Assembly (NCBI RefSeq): GCF_006345805.1
Contig: NC_043006.1
Location: 47,492,001-47,556,000, forward strand
Reading direction: 5' to 3'
DNA length: 64,000 nt
DNA from: Octopus sinensis
Taxonomy: Eukaryota
How positions within the stretch are numbered: position 1 is the stretch's first letter; the number at the start of each line of letters is the position of its first letter. The translations under genes and the position numbers were made by a program. This document shows positions 13,525-25,940 of the stretch, in pieces. Under the pieces are notes generated by a model. That model had not been told where the DNA came from, did no database searches, and worked only from the letters and a program-made list of their open reading frames with translations.

Positions 13525-13578
<54 letters not shown>

Positions 13579-13919
13579 GCACATATACACTCATATTATA
13601 TAAATGCAGACATACCCATACGTATAAATGTTTATATATATATACTCATTTCTACACACTTCTGTACTTGCGTATGTGTGTGTGTGTGTGGATGGATGGG
13701 ACTATGAGTGTGTGGGTGTCAGCCGATATATGATGAGTATGCCTCTTTGATGAGTATGTTCTTTGACATATATGATGAGTATGTTCTTTGACAGTTGTTC
13801 TGTGAAAATGTATTAGTTTGAAATCAAACAAATTCTCTGCAGATTTATACTCACTGATTCATGATAACCTCAATAATTTAAAATTAGCGATGATATTATA
13901 TGTGTGTGTGTATGTGTGT

Positions 13920-13993
<74 letters not shown>

Positions 13994-14308
13994 AAGAAAT
14001 AATCGATGTATGTGTAAATTAATAAGATAAAACCGTTCCATCAACGCATGGCAAATGATTATGACAATGCGTGGAAATCTCATATAATTTTAAGATATCA
14101 AATTTTCTAATATTTATACGCCACTCTATCAAACGCTTGATGATTTAATCATCAATGAAATGTCTATCGGTTAAATTAGCCTCTAATCGGTCGCTACGTA
14201 ATATTTGAGATGTCCAGTGTAGAGTACAGTTTTATGCAAATAAATACATGTCATGGAATTACCGAACTGATGAGAGCAACTCCTCGGGTATGAATATATT
14301 ACATTATA

Positions 14309-15025
14309 AGGCGGCGAGCTGGCAGAAACGTTAGCACGCCGAGAGAAATGCTTAGCGGTGTTTCGTCTGTCTTTACGTTCTGAGTTCAAAATCCGCCGAG
14401 GTTGACCTTTCCTTTCATCCTTTCGGGGTCGATTAAATAAGTGCCAGTTACGCACTGGGGTCGACTTAATCCGTTTGTCTGTACTTGTTTGTCCCCTCTG
14501 TGTGTAGCCCCTTGTGGGCAGTAAAGAAATAAGAAACGTTAGCACGCCGGGCGAAATGCCTAGCGGTGTTTCGTCTGCGTTTACGTTCTGAGTTCAAATT
14601 CCGCCAAGGTCGACTTTGCCTATTATCCTTTCGGGGTCGATTGAATAAGTACCAGTTCTGCACTGGAGTCGAAATATAAGACTTAATCCCTTTGTCTGTC
14701 CTTGTTTGTCCCCTTTCTGTTTGTGGGTGGTAACGAAATAGGTATTTCCTCTGCCGTTATATTCTGAGTTCAAATTCCGCCGAGGTCGATTTTGCCTCTC
14801 ATACTTTTGGGGTCGATCAAATATGTACCAGTTACGCACTGGCGTCGATGTGATCGACTTAATCACTTTGTCTGTCCTTGTTTGTCCTCTATGCTTAGCC
14901 CCCTGAGGGCAATAACGAAATAAAAAACGTTAGCACGCCGGGCGACATGCTTAGCAGTGTTTCGTCTGTCTTTACGTTCTGAGTTCAAATTCCGCTGAGG
15001 TCGATTTTGCCTTACATCCTTTCGG
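14309..15025 (+). mobile_element. SINE family B head-to-tail tetramer (units start near 14309, 14533, 14741 and 14925)
   Basis: Four consecutive copies of GTTCTGAGTTCAAATTCCGC...GGTCGA(C/T)TTT joined by a TTTGTCTGTCCTTGTTTGTCC linker. The central part resembles my recollection of the MetaSINE/Sauria-type conserved domain (unverified). Confidence 0.9.
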
Positions 15026-15202
15026 TGTGTAACTATGACAAAATTATTGCTGTCCCAAATGACTAAGAGTAGAGTACAACTCTCCATAGACCATCAATTA
15101 ACATTCTCCTCCGTTTTAAAGTAGAGTATTAGTGCATGTTTATACTTATACTTACACATGTATATTTGTTTAACGATGTATACATACTACATACATACAT
15201 AC

Positions 15203-15263
<61 letters not shown>

Positions 15264-15512
15264 TATTATATATATATGTATGTATGTATATATATACATT
15301 ATATATATATATCTATATATATTATATATATATCTATATATTAGAAGAAATGAGGTACTCAGAAAACGGATTGTTTATATTTACAGATATTTATTTGTAT
15401 ATTACATTTTTTATACATCATATAACTTAGATCATGTATAGCGCTTTCTCACACACACACACACACATATCTGTATAATATAATATATATATTATATATA
15501 TAATATATGTGT

Positions 15513-15553
<41 letters not shown>

Positions 15554-15786
15554 CGAGTAGCTACAAATGGAAAGATTGTTCTCCCACTACCTATTTACTC
15601 CTCTTAACGATAACCAAAATGTGATACACAGAACTTATTTAAAAATGCATAGTTTCATGCCTACGTCTGTGCATCTGTGCATTTTATGATGTAGTCAGAA
15701 GCACAAGGGAAGTTCTCATATATAAGTATGTGGGCATACATACACACGCACAAACACACACACACACACGCGCACACAAACACAAG

Positions 15787-15845
<59 letters not shown>

Positions 15846-15848
15846 TTG

Positions 15849-16056
15849 TGTGTCTGTGTTAGTACCCCCACTATCGCTTGACAACCGACGCCGTTGTGTT
15901 GCAGTCCCCGTAACTCAGTGGTTCGGCAAAAGAGATCGATAGAATAAGTACCAGGCTTACAAAGTATAAGTCCTGGGAGCGATTTATTCGACCAAAGGTG
16001 GTGCTCCAGCATGGCTGCGGTCAAATGACTGAAACAAATAAAAGAATAAAAGAATA
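15849..16056 (+). mobile_element. SINE family A, 3' half
   Basis: ATCGCTTGACAACCGA...GGTTCGGCAAAAGAGATCGATAGAATAAGTACC...GGTGCTCCAGCATGGC...GAAACAAATAAAAGAA. Confidence 0.85.
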
Positions 16057-16112
<56 letters not shown>

Positions 16113-16130
16113 TATATATAATATATATAC

Positions 16131-16219
<89 letters not shown>

Positions 16220-16294
16220 ATATATAGATACTGACCACTGTGTGAAATCGATGTTAATTAAATTAATATCTAATGTCTCACCCTCATTTTAATT

Positions 16295-16325
<31 letters not shown>

Positions 16326-17657
16326 ACATATATGTACATATACATATATATACATCCTTACCTCTACATATAAACATGAGTATGTGTGTGTGTATTGCCT
16401 GAATTGTGCCCACGCGTGTCTTTTCATACAAGTATGGACATTTCCACTACTCTCAGTTCCCTGCATTTTGCGTTGCTCATTAAAATAATATATCTTATTT
16501 ATTAGAAAACAAAATGATAAACATGCAAACATTGTCACTTTTTCTTATCAGCTACTTGTTTCATTAAACTTGTTGCGTATTAATTTTCTTTTTAAAATTT
16601 TAAACAGAAAATTTTCATTTATACCGAGTGCATGACTTTGTGTTAATGCAGTCATTCGATCAATTAATTACCTGCTTTTATTACCCAGTATTTTTTAATG
16701 TTTCGCTTCTTTTGTCCTTATTACTGGAGCTGCACAAGATATTGTCACACCAATCCGTCACTCGCCTGAAAGGCGTCTGACTGAACTTAGTCTCCCGGTC
16801 GACTATATAAACATAAATGAAATAAAGAAAAAAATTGGACAAAATACTCATTCTTCAGGCTGCAGGTGTTTGCTCTCGCCGGGAGGAAAGAGAAAGTATG
16901 TTTATTTTGCTTCATCTAAGCCCTTGCTCACAATATGATAAATCTCATTTAGCCGACGTCTGTTTTAACACTGGGAACAAGTGGCGTTGATGGGCGCTCT
17001 CAGAACAACACTAAACATCTGGCACTTTTTTTTTTCTTTCAATAACCTCTTCGCAGACAAGAGACACAATATTTGAAGCTATTATATTTCCACGTTCCCT
17101 TGTTTTTTCGTTTACAGTAAGTCGCCACCTGCGTTGAATTCTATTCTTAGTGTATTGTTAATTTCAGCTCTACAATGGCGCTCATGTTTAATGTGACTAC
17201 TTGATTGGCGCTGCACATTGAGTTCACTTGACAGTATATTTATACATTCATGTCACAGTTTGTTTTAAGACGATATAAAGAGAAAGGCTCACGACAAGAG
17301 AGATGTCCATTGTTTTGTTATTTTGGGATTTCTGTAACAAGTAGGAAATATTTCGCTTCACATCATAGAGATATGCTCTTCTCACCTGTTACTAAACTAT
17401 ATAGTTTAAATAATAGTTCAGAAAGTTGAAGAGGTGAAATGTACTTGTGGAAATAAAGTCACTGTTTTGATCATTGCTTTCAAACACAGGCGAAATATCT
17501 TAACTTGTTTTAAGTACGTAGCCTGAAGTAAATATTGAGTATTATATTCGTCTGAAACCAACAGTCTTTGAACTGAATACTGGAAGCTGCAAATACATTC
17601 TTTTAAAGAAAAACATACATGCATATATATACATATATATATATATATGTATATATA

Positions 17658-17747
<90 letters not shown>

Positions 17748-18302
17748 ATATACTTATAGATATACATTTATACATATATATATATACTTATATACATATA
17801 CATACATTTATATATGTATACGTATATATACATGTATATATATATATATAAACACAGGCACGCATATATATATATATATATACATACATATCTTAAGTAT
17901 GTTGTATGTATGTACGCATAAGTGCATATAGGTCTCTAGGCGTATGTGTATGGGCATATATGTGTGTATACATAAATACGTATATAGCATATGGATGCAT
18001 ATTCAATCGACATATGTGTGCATGCATATAGACATCTACACATGAACGGTCTCTCTTCAGATTTGACGATGCCCTTATATCTAAATATATAAAGATGTAA
18101 ATGAATAAATAAGATGCAAAAATAAATAATAATAATAACAATAATAATAATAATAATAATAATAAAAGATGCCTAAATTGATAATTTTCGTCCATCGGTG
18201 ATGAATGAATACTATGGCTTCCCTTATGACTCATCAAAGCAAGGAGATACATACATACATACATATATACATACATACATACATACATACATACACGCAC
18301 AA

Positions 18303-18346
<44 letters not shown>

Positions 18347-18399
18347 ATACCATGTATATATGTGTACATAATATACGCTTTAACTATTTTACTAGTTCC

Positions 18400-18907
18400 A
18401 GCGAGAGGCCTGTGCCATGCTACTATACTGCCTATCAGTGCTATTTGTTCTCCCTTCTGTGCCATTTTTGGTGAAGAAGCGAGTTGCACGGCGCTGCTCT
18501 TCTTTGTGCCACCAACTGCAATATGGGTTCAACTGGGATTTTCAGATAGAAATTTTTGAGGTTTTCACATCTGCATCTCGCAAATGTCGGACGTTGCTCG
18601 GTAGGATGTGAAACAGTTGTGGTACTCTAAAAAACAAGCTCTTTACACTACTCGGCCCTTACCGAGATGAATAAGACGCCGTCTCTTGTATTATGCAGTG
18701 CCACCGTCCTTTTCGGTGGTGGGCATAGCTTTTAATTCCAAAGTTGGGAGCTAGACCGTCTCAGATCTTCCACGTATATACCAGTGCATACCTTACTTGC
18801 CTTCTCTCCAAGGAGCTTCAGTGCTTGTAGTATTTTTTTCTAGTTCATCAATGTCACCGAGTCAATCTTCGTTGTGTAGTGGCGTTGGATTGTCTCAAAT
18901 TCCGGCA

Positions 18908-18910
<3 letters not shown>
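18400..18910 (-). mobile_element. CR1-clade LINE 3' end remnant
   Basis: Minus frames read ETIQRHYTTKIDSV...ERRQVRYALVYTWKI*DGLAPNFGIKSY...KIPVEPILQLVAQRRAAPCNSL, matching the CR1 ORF2 C-terminus (LE.IQR...ERRR.RY...WK). Confidence 0.75.
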
Positions 18911-18946
<36 letters not shown>

Positions 18947-18953
18947 TCGCCGT

Positions 18954-19298
18954 GGCACTCCGACAGCTACGACGACGAGGATTCCAGTTGATCCGATCAA
19001 CGGAATAGCCTCCTCGTGAAATTAACGTGCAAGTGGCTGAGCACACCATAGACACGTGTACCCTTAATGTAATTCTCAGTAAGATTCAGTGTGACACAGT
19101 GTGTGTTATGGCTGGCCCTTTGAAATGCAGGTACAACTGAAACAGGAAGAAAGAGAGAAAGTTATGGTGAAATAATACAGCAGGGTTCGCCACCATCCCC
19201 GGCTGGAGCCTCGTGGAGCTTTAAGTGTTTTCGCTCAACAAACACAACGCGATCCTACGACCGCGAGTCCGCTGCCTTAACCACTGGGCCGTTGCGCC
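18954..19298 (-). mobile_element. tRNA-derived SINE family C, full length
   Basis: Head GGCGCAACGGCCCAGTGGTTAAGGCAGCGGACTCGCGG. The body and tail are homologous to 55202-55570. Confidence 0.85.
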
Positions 19299-20247
19299 GC
19301 CATACGTATATTTATATATGTATATACATATATGTATGCATATGAGCGTGTGTGTGCCCAGAAGACTCTCCCTCATAAGTAAGGCTGCTCCATCATGACT
19401 GACATGGACCAAAAGTACAGCAATAACAATAACAACTACAAAAAAACGACAATACAAAACGATTCTTGAAACTAATATTCTATATTACATTCAATAATTG
19501 AATATATGCCAAAATCCCCGGCATTTTATAGAACGTTTTTGGGGAATTACACTTCGCTATCACATTATATATTTGTACTTATCAATAACATTATGTACTG
19601 AATTTTCTCTCGGTGTATATTCTGTTATTCTTATCATGTCAACGTTTTTAGGCTGGCAAATTTATCAAATTAATTATCTAGATTTTATTATCCATTATAA
19701 CATATCCAGTACGTTATCAAGGTAAAGACTGCAGGTTTTCACATATTCCGTCTTTAACATAGATAGATTTTCAAGCTCTTACAGAAATATTATCAGAAAC
19801 TAAATTTTACGGTTATTATTTAGTCCCATTTTAATCTCTATAATAGCTAATATAATGATTTTACCAGAATCAGCTTTCATGGAATAGAAAAGTAACACTT
19901 TGTTATTTTTAGTACAAGATTATTGTATTTTTTTCGTTCATTTATTTATTTATCTATTTATTTATATATTTGTACATAAATCTTGTGATTTGCTATACTC
20001 TGGCAGACAGATATCCAGGTAGATTAAATTACACTGCCATACCATCTTTAAATCATACCTATGTTTTATTATTTTTTTCATTATTAAAATACACATCACT
20101 GTTTGAGTAATATTATACCAGCGTACCTCGGGCGCTATTCAAAGATATTCGCATATGAAATAACACTATAATTATACGCAAACACACACACACACACACA
20201 TACATATCCTGATATCTATATATCTATACATATACGTGTGTGTGCGT

Positions 20248-20282
<35 letters not shown>

Positions 20283-21319
20283 TAAATGCATGCATGTATG
20301 TATGCATGTATGTATGTATGTATGTATGTATGTATGTATGTATGTATGTATGTATGTATGTATGTATGTATGTGTGTATGTATGTATGTATGCACACACA
20401 TATATATTTATATATATATATATACACTTATATTTATATGTGTGTATGTGTATTTTCAAATATACGTACGTATGTATGTTCGAATATATGTATAAGTGAT
20501 AGACACTAGTGGGTATATTATGTGTCACTCTTCGTATGATTTTGTACAGGGAAATCACACTGTAAAAATGAAGAGGAAGTCAAAGATGTAAAGGTTTACA
20601 GACATCTGAAAAGATAATTAAATTATGTCAAAATGGCAGTGTACCATGTCATGTAGTTTTCACACTACATAAAACTACTTACACACACAAACACAAACAT
20701 ACACACACACACACAGACACACACCCACACGCAAACGCAAAGCCACACACATACACATGCAAAGAAAAGCACGATATTCATTGCTTCAACAGCAAATCCT
20801 TTTAAATTGGCAGGTAAAAACGATGAAATAAACACATTCACGCTTTTTTATAAACCATATTTTCCTCTGGTTTACCAAAATTTTTGTTATCAATTCTGGT
20901 TTTGATAATTTGCTACTGTTTTATATTTTTAGCAATAGCTTTATATCCAATCTTCTTTTTCTTTGCGGTTGTTGTTATTGTGAATGACGTGGAGCCATCG
21001 TGATTTCTCGGTTGACCGACTCCGAGTCACTATTTGACTCCCAATTGAAAATTGCTTCACGTGTGTTGCCATCATTCGAAGAACCAGCTTTATAGTTATG
21101 TTACATATGTACTGACTGTATTCATTTATTTATTTATATTCATTACTGCTCTCATTCATCCATTCATTCATGTTGTTACGATTTAGAGAAGCATTTGGAA
21201 AGAGAATCTGTGAATGTGACTGCGATATATTTAGTTCTCTATTCAGGTTTCAAATCTGAGGTGTGCAGCGGCAATGTTCTTCATTTTCACGTACGTTTCA
21301 TATACGTTTCAGTATAGGC

Positions 21320-21390
21320 AGGGACTCCGTCGGTTACGACGACGAGTATTTGAGCTGACTCGATCAACGGCGTAGGCTGCTCGTGAAATT
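21320..21390 (-). mobile_element. SINE family C, 3' tail fragment
   Basis: ACTCCGTCGGTTACGACGACGAG...GATCAACGG...GCTCGTGAAATT matches 55202-55270. Confidence 0.7.
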
Positions 21391-21448
21391 ATTTATTCAT
21401 ACATCTATGTATATGTACATGTATATGTATGTGTGTGTATATATATTT

Positions 21449-21660
21449 GTGTGCCTGTGTTTGTCCCCCCCCCCAACATCGCTTGACAACCAATGCTGGT
21501 GTGTTTACTTCCCCGTAACCTAGCGGTTCGGCAAAAAGAGACCGATAGAATAAGTACTAGGCTTACAAAGAATATGTCCTGGGGTCGACTTGCTCGACTA
21601 AAGGCGGTACTCCATCATGGCCACAGTCATATGACTGAAACAAGTAAAAGAGTAAAAGAG
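21449..21660 (+). mobile_element. SINE family A, 3' half
   Basis: Near-consensus 3' half ending GAAACAAGTAAAAGAGTAAAAGAG. Confidence 0.85.
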
Positions 21661-21702
21661 TATATATGTGTTAGTGTATGGGGGAGAGACACAGACAGAC
21701 AG

Positions 21703-21734
<32 letters not shown>

Positions 21735-22143
21735 TCTGAATGCGTATATTTATGTTCACGTGTGTCATTTGAATCTTTATGCTAATATGTTTGTTTACGA
21801 GAATCTTTCGCTATTGCGTTACTAAGGAAGGAGTGATTATTAAATATACCTTTAGACATCTCCTCTTTCTATATTTGGATCATAAAGTTAGATTTCTTTG
21901 AGAAGAACAATGCTGCATGCTAGTCAAGCTGCGACCGTCCATGTTGTCTTTTTTATAAATCGTTTCCCACGCATTTCAGTATTAACTACATGTTTAATAT
22001 TTTTGTTTAACACGATAGTTTCGGATTTTAGAGAGACTTGCTGATTACTTCGCGTAGACCGATCCGTTCGTCACGGAATCTGTTGGCGACTACCATAGAT
22101 TTCTTTTCTATGGTGTCTGACATAAGTAATATAATTTAACACA

Positions 22144-22645
22144 TCTATTATATAAAATCCGTTCTGTCTGTCTGTGTGTGTGTCTTCAAGGATCTGGGAC
22201 ATCCTCCATCCGATTGCGCTCAAATTTGATATGTAGATACCGACGGAATCAGGACGTGTATAAGTCTTGAAAATATTACAAAAATCGATTCCAGGTGAGA
22301 ATGGGATCGATAAAGTCGCAGGAACGTGCATTTAAACGCGCAAGTACATCAGCTGATACTTCGCGTATGCGAGAAAATAGCATGTGCAGTTTGTGCAAAA
22401 GAAGCCGACTGGCTTGAAATAATGCCACAAAATGCAGTATATTTAAAAGACCAAAAAATTAAGATGCAAGACTATTTGGTTTCTCAAGAAGTTTTTTTTT
22501 TTGCCTTAACTTCGTTTAACAAAACCAAACATTTTATTGAAATAAAGCATGCTTAATTATTTTTTAATGAAAAGAAAACACTGATTGCTTTTTATTCAGC
22601 AAATATGATTCAGCACCGTTCATTGGACGGGGGGCGTTTTGCTCG
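22144..22645 (+). mobile_element. Non-autonomous Helitron (HelitronN-like)
   Basis: 5' A|TCTATTATATAAAA followed by a (TGTC)n tract and CCGATT...AAATTTG, as in the 42848 element. The 3' end has a hairpin CCGT-TCATTGG-ACGG followed by GCTCG|T, a variant of the CTAG|T end. Confidence 0.6.
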
Positions 22646-23162
22646 TTTCTTAATAATGACATATCTGTTTACATCTGTTCGTACTTTAAACTGTAACTTG
22701 AAGTAACTGATTTGCAAATACAGCATGGCGAATATGTTATTTCAACGGACTTAAAATTAGTCTTTGTTATTTATAGGATTTAATAATTTTTGATATTTAT
22801 ATCTGTGGTGCACATTTGAAATAACCAAACATGGTATGGCCTATGGGATGATATAATGTGAATTCAGATTTATGACTCTTTAGTGTATTACTACGCAATT
22901 TCCCAAAAGTTCAAACGGTTACTTACATTCGGTTTTCACTCTGACAGTCATCTTTAAGATAGGTAATAGAATACATCAGTGTGCCTACATAATAATACGA
23001 AATTAATGATTATGTTCAATTGTGTATATCATATTTGCAATAAACAACCGATTTAATGGGAAAATGGTTGTCGTTCACAGTCTTTAGTTGGATATGTCTC
23101 CTTAGATATTCCCAATATACGCTTAAAAATTTGATATGATATCGAGGGTAAGGTATTACATT

Positions 23163-23527
23163 GGAGTGACTGTGTGGTAAGAAACTTGCTTATAAAACAC
23201 ATGGTTGTGGGTTGAGTCCAACTCCGTGTTACATCTACCAAATCCCCTTGTGAGGGGATTTGGTAGACGGAAACTGAAAGAAGCCTGTCGATATATATAT
23301 ATGTATATATCTATGTGTTTGCATCTTTGTGTCAACGTTTGTCCCTGCCAATCAGTTGACAAACGATGTTGGTGTGTTTATGTCTGTAAATTAACAGTTC
23401 AGCTAAATAGATCGATAGATAAATCTAAGGCTTTAAAAATATATACTGGGGTAGATTTTGCTCGGCTAAAATTCTTCAAGGCGGTACCCCGGTATGGCCG
23501 CAGCCAAATTACTGAAACAAGTAAAAG
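23163..23527 (+). mobile_element. SINE family A, full-length and diverged
   Basis: GGAGTGACTGTGTGGTAAG...GGATTTGGTAGACGGAAACTGAAAGAAGCC...GGCGGTACCCCGGTATGGCC...GAAACAAGTAAAAG. Confidence 0.8.
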
Positions 23528-23734
23528 GCGAAATGAAAAATTAAGATAAAGTATGCTATATTATTTTGACCAAATGTCACCAACTAATAAAATAGTTTGG
23601 CATGTCTCACCGAGTAATATTATGGAAACTTGAGTTATGTTATGGAGACTTGAGTAACTACTGAGAAGTTTCACCTTAGCTGCTTATTTTACAAATACTG
23701 AGGTAATGGATTATTTGTATAGCAATGTAAAGAT

Positions 23735-24020
23735 AACAATTGCAGCGTGGAAGGTGTTTATAAGCCATTTAAGGAACACACAAAAACCGTTAGATTTACT
23801 TCAACATTTAAATTTAATTTGCAAAGAAAATTTTCGTCGCTTTGAGACCGCGACCTGTTCACTGACAAAATTCTATGCAGCCGGAATTTGTCAGTGAACA
23901 GGTCGCAGTCTCAAAGCGACGAAAATATTTTGGCAAATTAAATTTAAATATTGAAGTGAATATAACGGTCTTTGTATGTTTCTTAAATGGCTTATAAATA
24001 CATTCCACGCTGTAATTGTT
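23735..24020. repeat. Long inverted repeat (foldback or MITE-like), arms 23735-23873 and 23884-24020, 10-nt loop
   Basis: The left arm AACAATTGCAGCGTGGAAGG...GACCTGTTCACTGACAAAATTC is the near-perfect reverse complement of the right arm GAATTTGTCAGTGAACAGGTC...TTCCACGCTGTAATTGTT. Confidence 0.95.
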
Positions 24021-24954
24021 TTCTTTCCAGCACACGATCTCAGATCAGGTCACTTGCTATGCAAGTATATGTCCGTAAATGTAAAAATAAATTTTAGGTT
24101 ACTTCTTAACACGCGACACAAAATGCTATGTTATGCACATCATTCATCCTTCGTAGATTTACTGTCAATGCAAATCTGCAACTGAAAAGGAAATGAAGGG
24201 AACTACCAGGCGTGCTTATGCGTCTTTGTGCAGGAAGACAGAGAATGAAAGACAGCGAAAGACATACAGAAACAGACAGAGAAAGAGAGATAGGCAGATA
24301 AAGGAAAGGAGCAGTTTTAATAGTGGAACACAATTTCAATTTAGGCACAAATCTTGCGAAGAAAAGGAACATTAAACCAGCTAAGCAGATTTTCCATTTA
24401 TTCTTATCAAGTTGAATATGTTTATGATATTTAATGCTTTACTTTAAAACGCATATTAGTAGCGAGATTACTCGATGAAACTAGAAATTTTTATCTCTTT
24501 ATAGTAGAATTATTATTTAAATACAGATTTTAATTAAGATTAATGGATTTTGTATTATCTTGAAAATCAGGCATTATAGTAAAACGTGTTGACTATTTTA
24601 AGGTTGCAACATACTATTGCATTAAATTGCTGAGTGTTTTATATTTTTATTCTGAAATTGTCAGCTTGTTACCTGCTGATATGTTTAGTGATGAATGCTT
24701 CTAAAATAAAAATAAAAAAATCTAGCACAAGAAGAAGATCTTTCTTAGTACTCGAATTTGAGCTACCGCGTTAAAAGTGATTACCGTAAAAGAGTCCGAT
24801 TTGACATTAAAAAAAAAATGAACGCAAAAATGTACTCAGAAGCGAAATGGTATATATAATCATTCACTTGCACAAACATACACGCAGATGCACATCTATT
24901 GCTGAGTGAACTACAAAAAAAAGAGAAAAATAAAGAAAAATAAAGAACTGTAGA

Positions 24955-25135
24955 GGCGCAGGATCGCGGTTTCGATTCTCAGACCGGGCGTTGTATGTGT
25001 TTATTGAGCGAAAACACCTAAAAGCTCTACGAGGCTCCGGCAGGGGGTGGTGATCCCTGCTGTACTCTTTCACCCCAATGGCGGTGCCCCAGCATGGCCA
25101 CACCTCAAGAGCTGAAACTGGAAAAACAAAAACAA
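24955..25135 (+). mobile_element. Chimeric SINE: family C 5' region joined to a family-A-like 3' tail
   Basis: GGATCGCGGTTTCGATTCTCAGACCGGGCG...GTACTCTTTCAC (family C) is followed by GGCGGTGCCCCAGCATGGCC...CTGAAAC (family A tail). Confidence 0.6.
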
Positions 25136-25269
25136 AAAACAACTGGCTTCGCTGAGTCAGGAAAATTGGATCACGTGGGGAATATTAAATATAAGAGAAA
25201 TGACAAAAATAGAAACAGGAAAAATCAACAGCAACCAATACAGCTACAACGCTGATGACAAGAACAGCA

Positions 25270-25384
25270 ATAATAATAACAATAAAAATTTAAATAATAA
25301 TAATAATAATATAATAATAATAATAATAATGACGATGACGATTATGATAAATATAATCAAAATAACAAATATAATAATGATACA

Positions 25385-25415
<31 letters not shown>

Positions 25416-25517
25416 TACTACTACTACTAATAATAATATAATAATAATAATAATAATAATAATGACGATGACGATTATGATAAATATAATCAAAATAACA
25501 AATATAATAATGATACA

Positions 25518-25560
<43 letters not shown>

Positions 25561-25564
25561 ATAC

Positions 25565-25603
<39 letters not shown>

Positions 25604-25881
25604 TAACAACAACAGCAAAAACAACAACAACAATAATAATAATGATAATGATAATAATAATAATGGTAACAATAAAAATGTTGATTACAACAAAAATAGA
25701 ATTAATCATAACAGCAATCATAATAATGATGATTTTGATGGCGGTGATGATGACGATGATAATGATTACGCTGGTGATGATTATGATGATGACGAAGACG
25801 ACGATGAAGGTGATGATGATGTTCATGTTGTTGTTGGTGGCGATGATGATGACAAAGATGATGACGTTGATGATGTTGATT

Positions 25882-25925
<44 letters not shown>

Positions 25926-25940
25926 GATGGTGATGATAAT
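25270..25940. repeat. Compound trinucleotide array (AAT/ACT/AAC/GAT) with an internal ~130-bp direct duplication
   Basis: ATGACGATGACGATTATGATAAATATAATCAAAATAACAAATATAATAATGATACAACTACT occurs at about 25329 and again at about 25462. Confidence 0.9.

Noticed and set aside
13728-13792. Three ATGATGAG motifs suggesting a C/D-box snoRNA
   Set aside because: It is a short degenerate tandem repeat of about 20 bp, with no D box or terminal stem.
14309-15025. Regularly spaced repeats superficially like a CRISPR array or satellite
   Set aside because: The units are ~200-bp SINE copies without unique spacers, the context is eukaryotic, and there are no cas genes.
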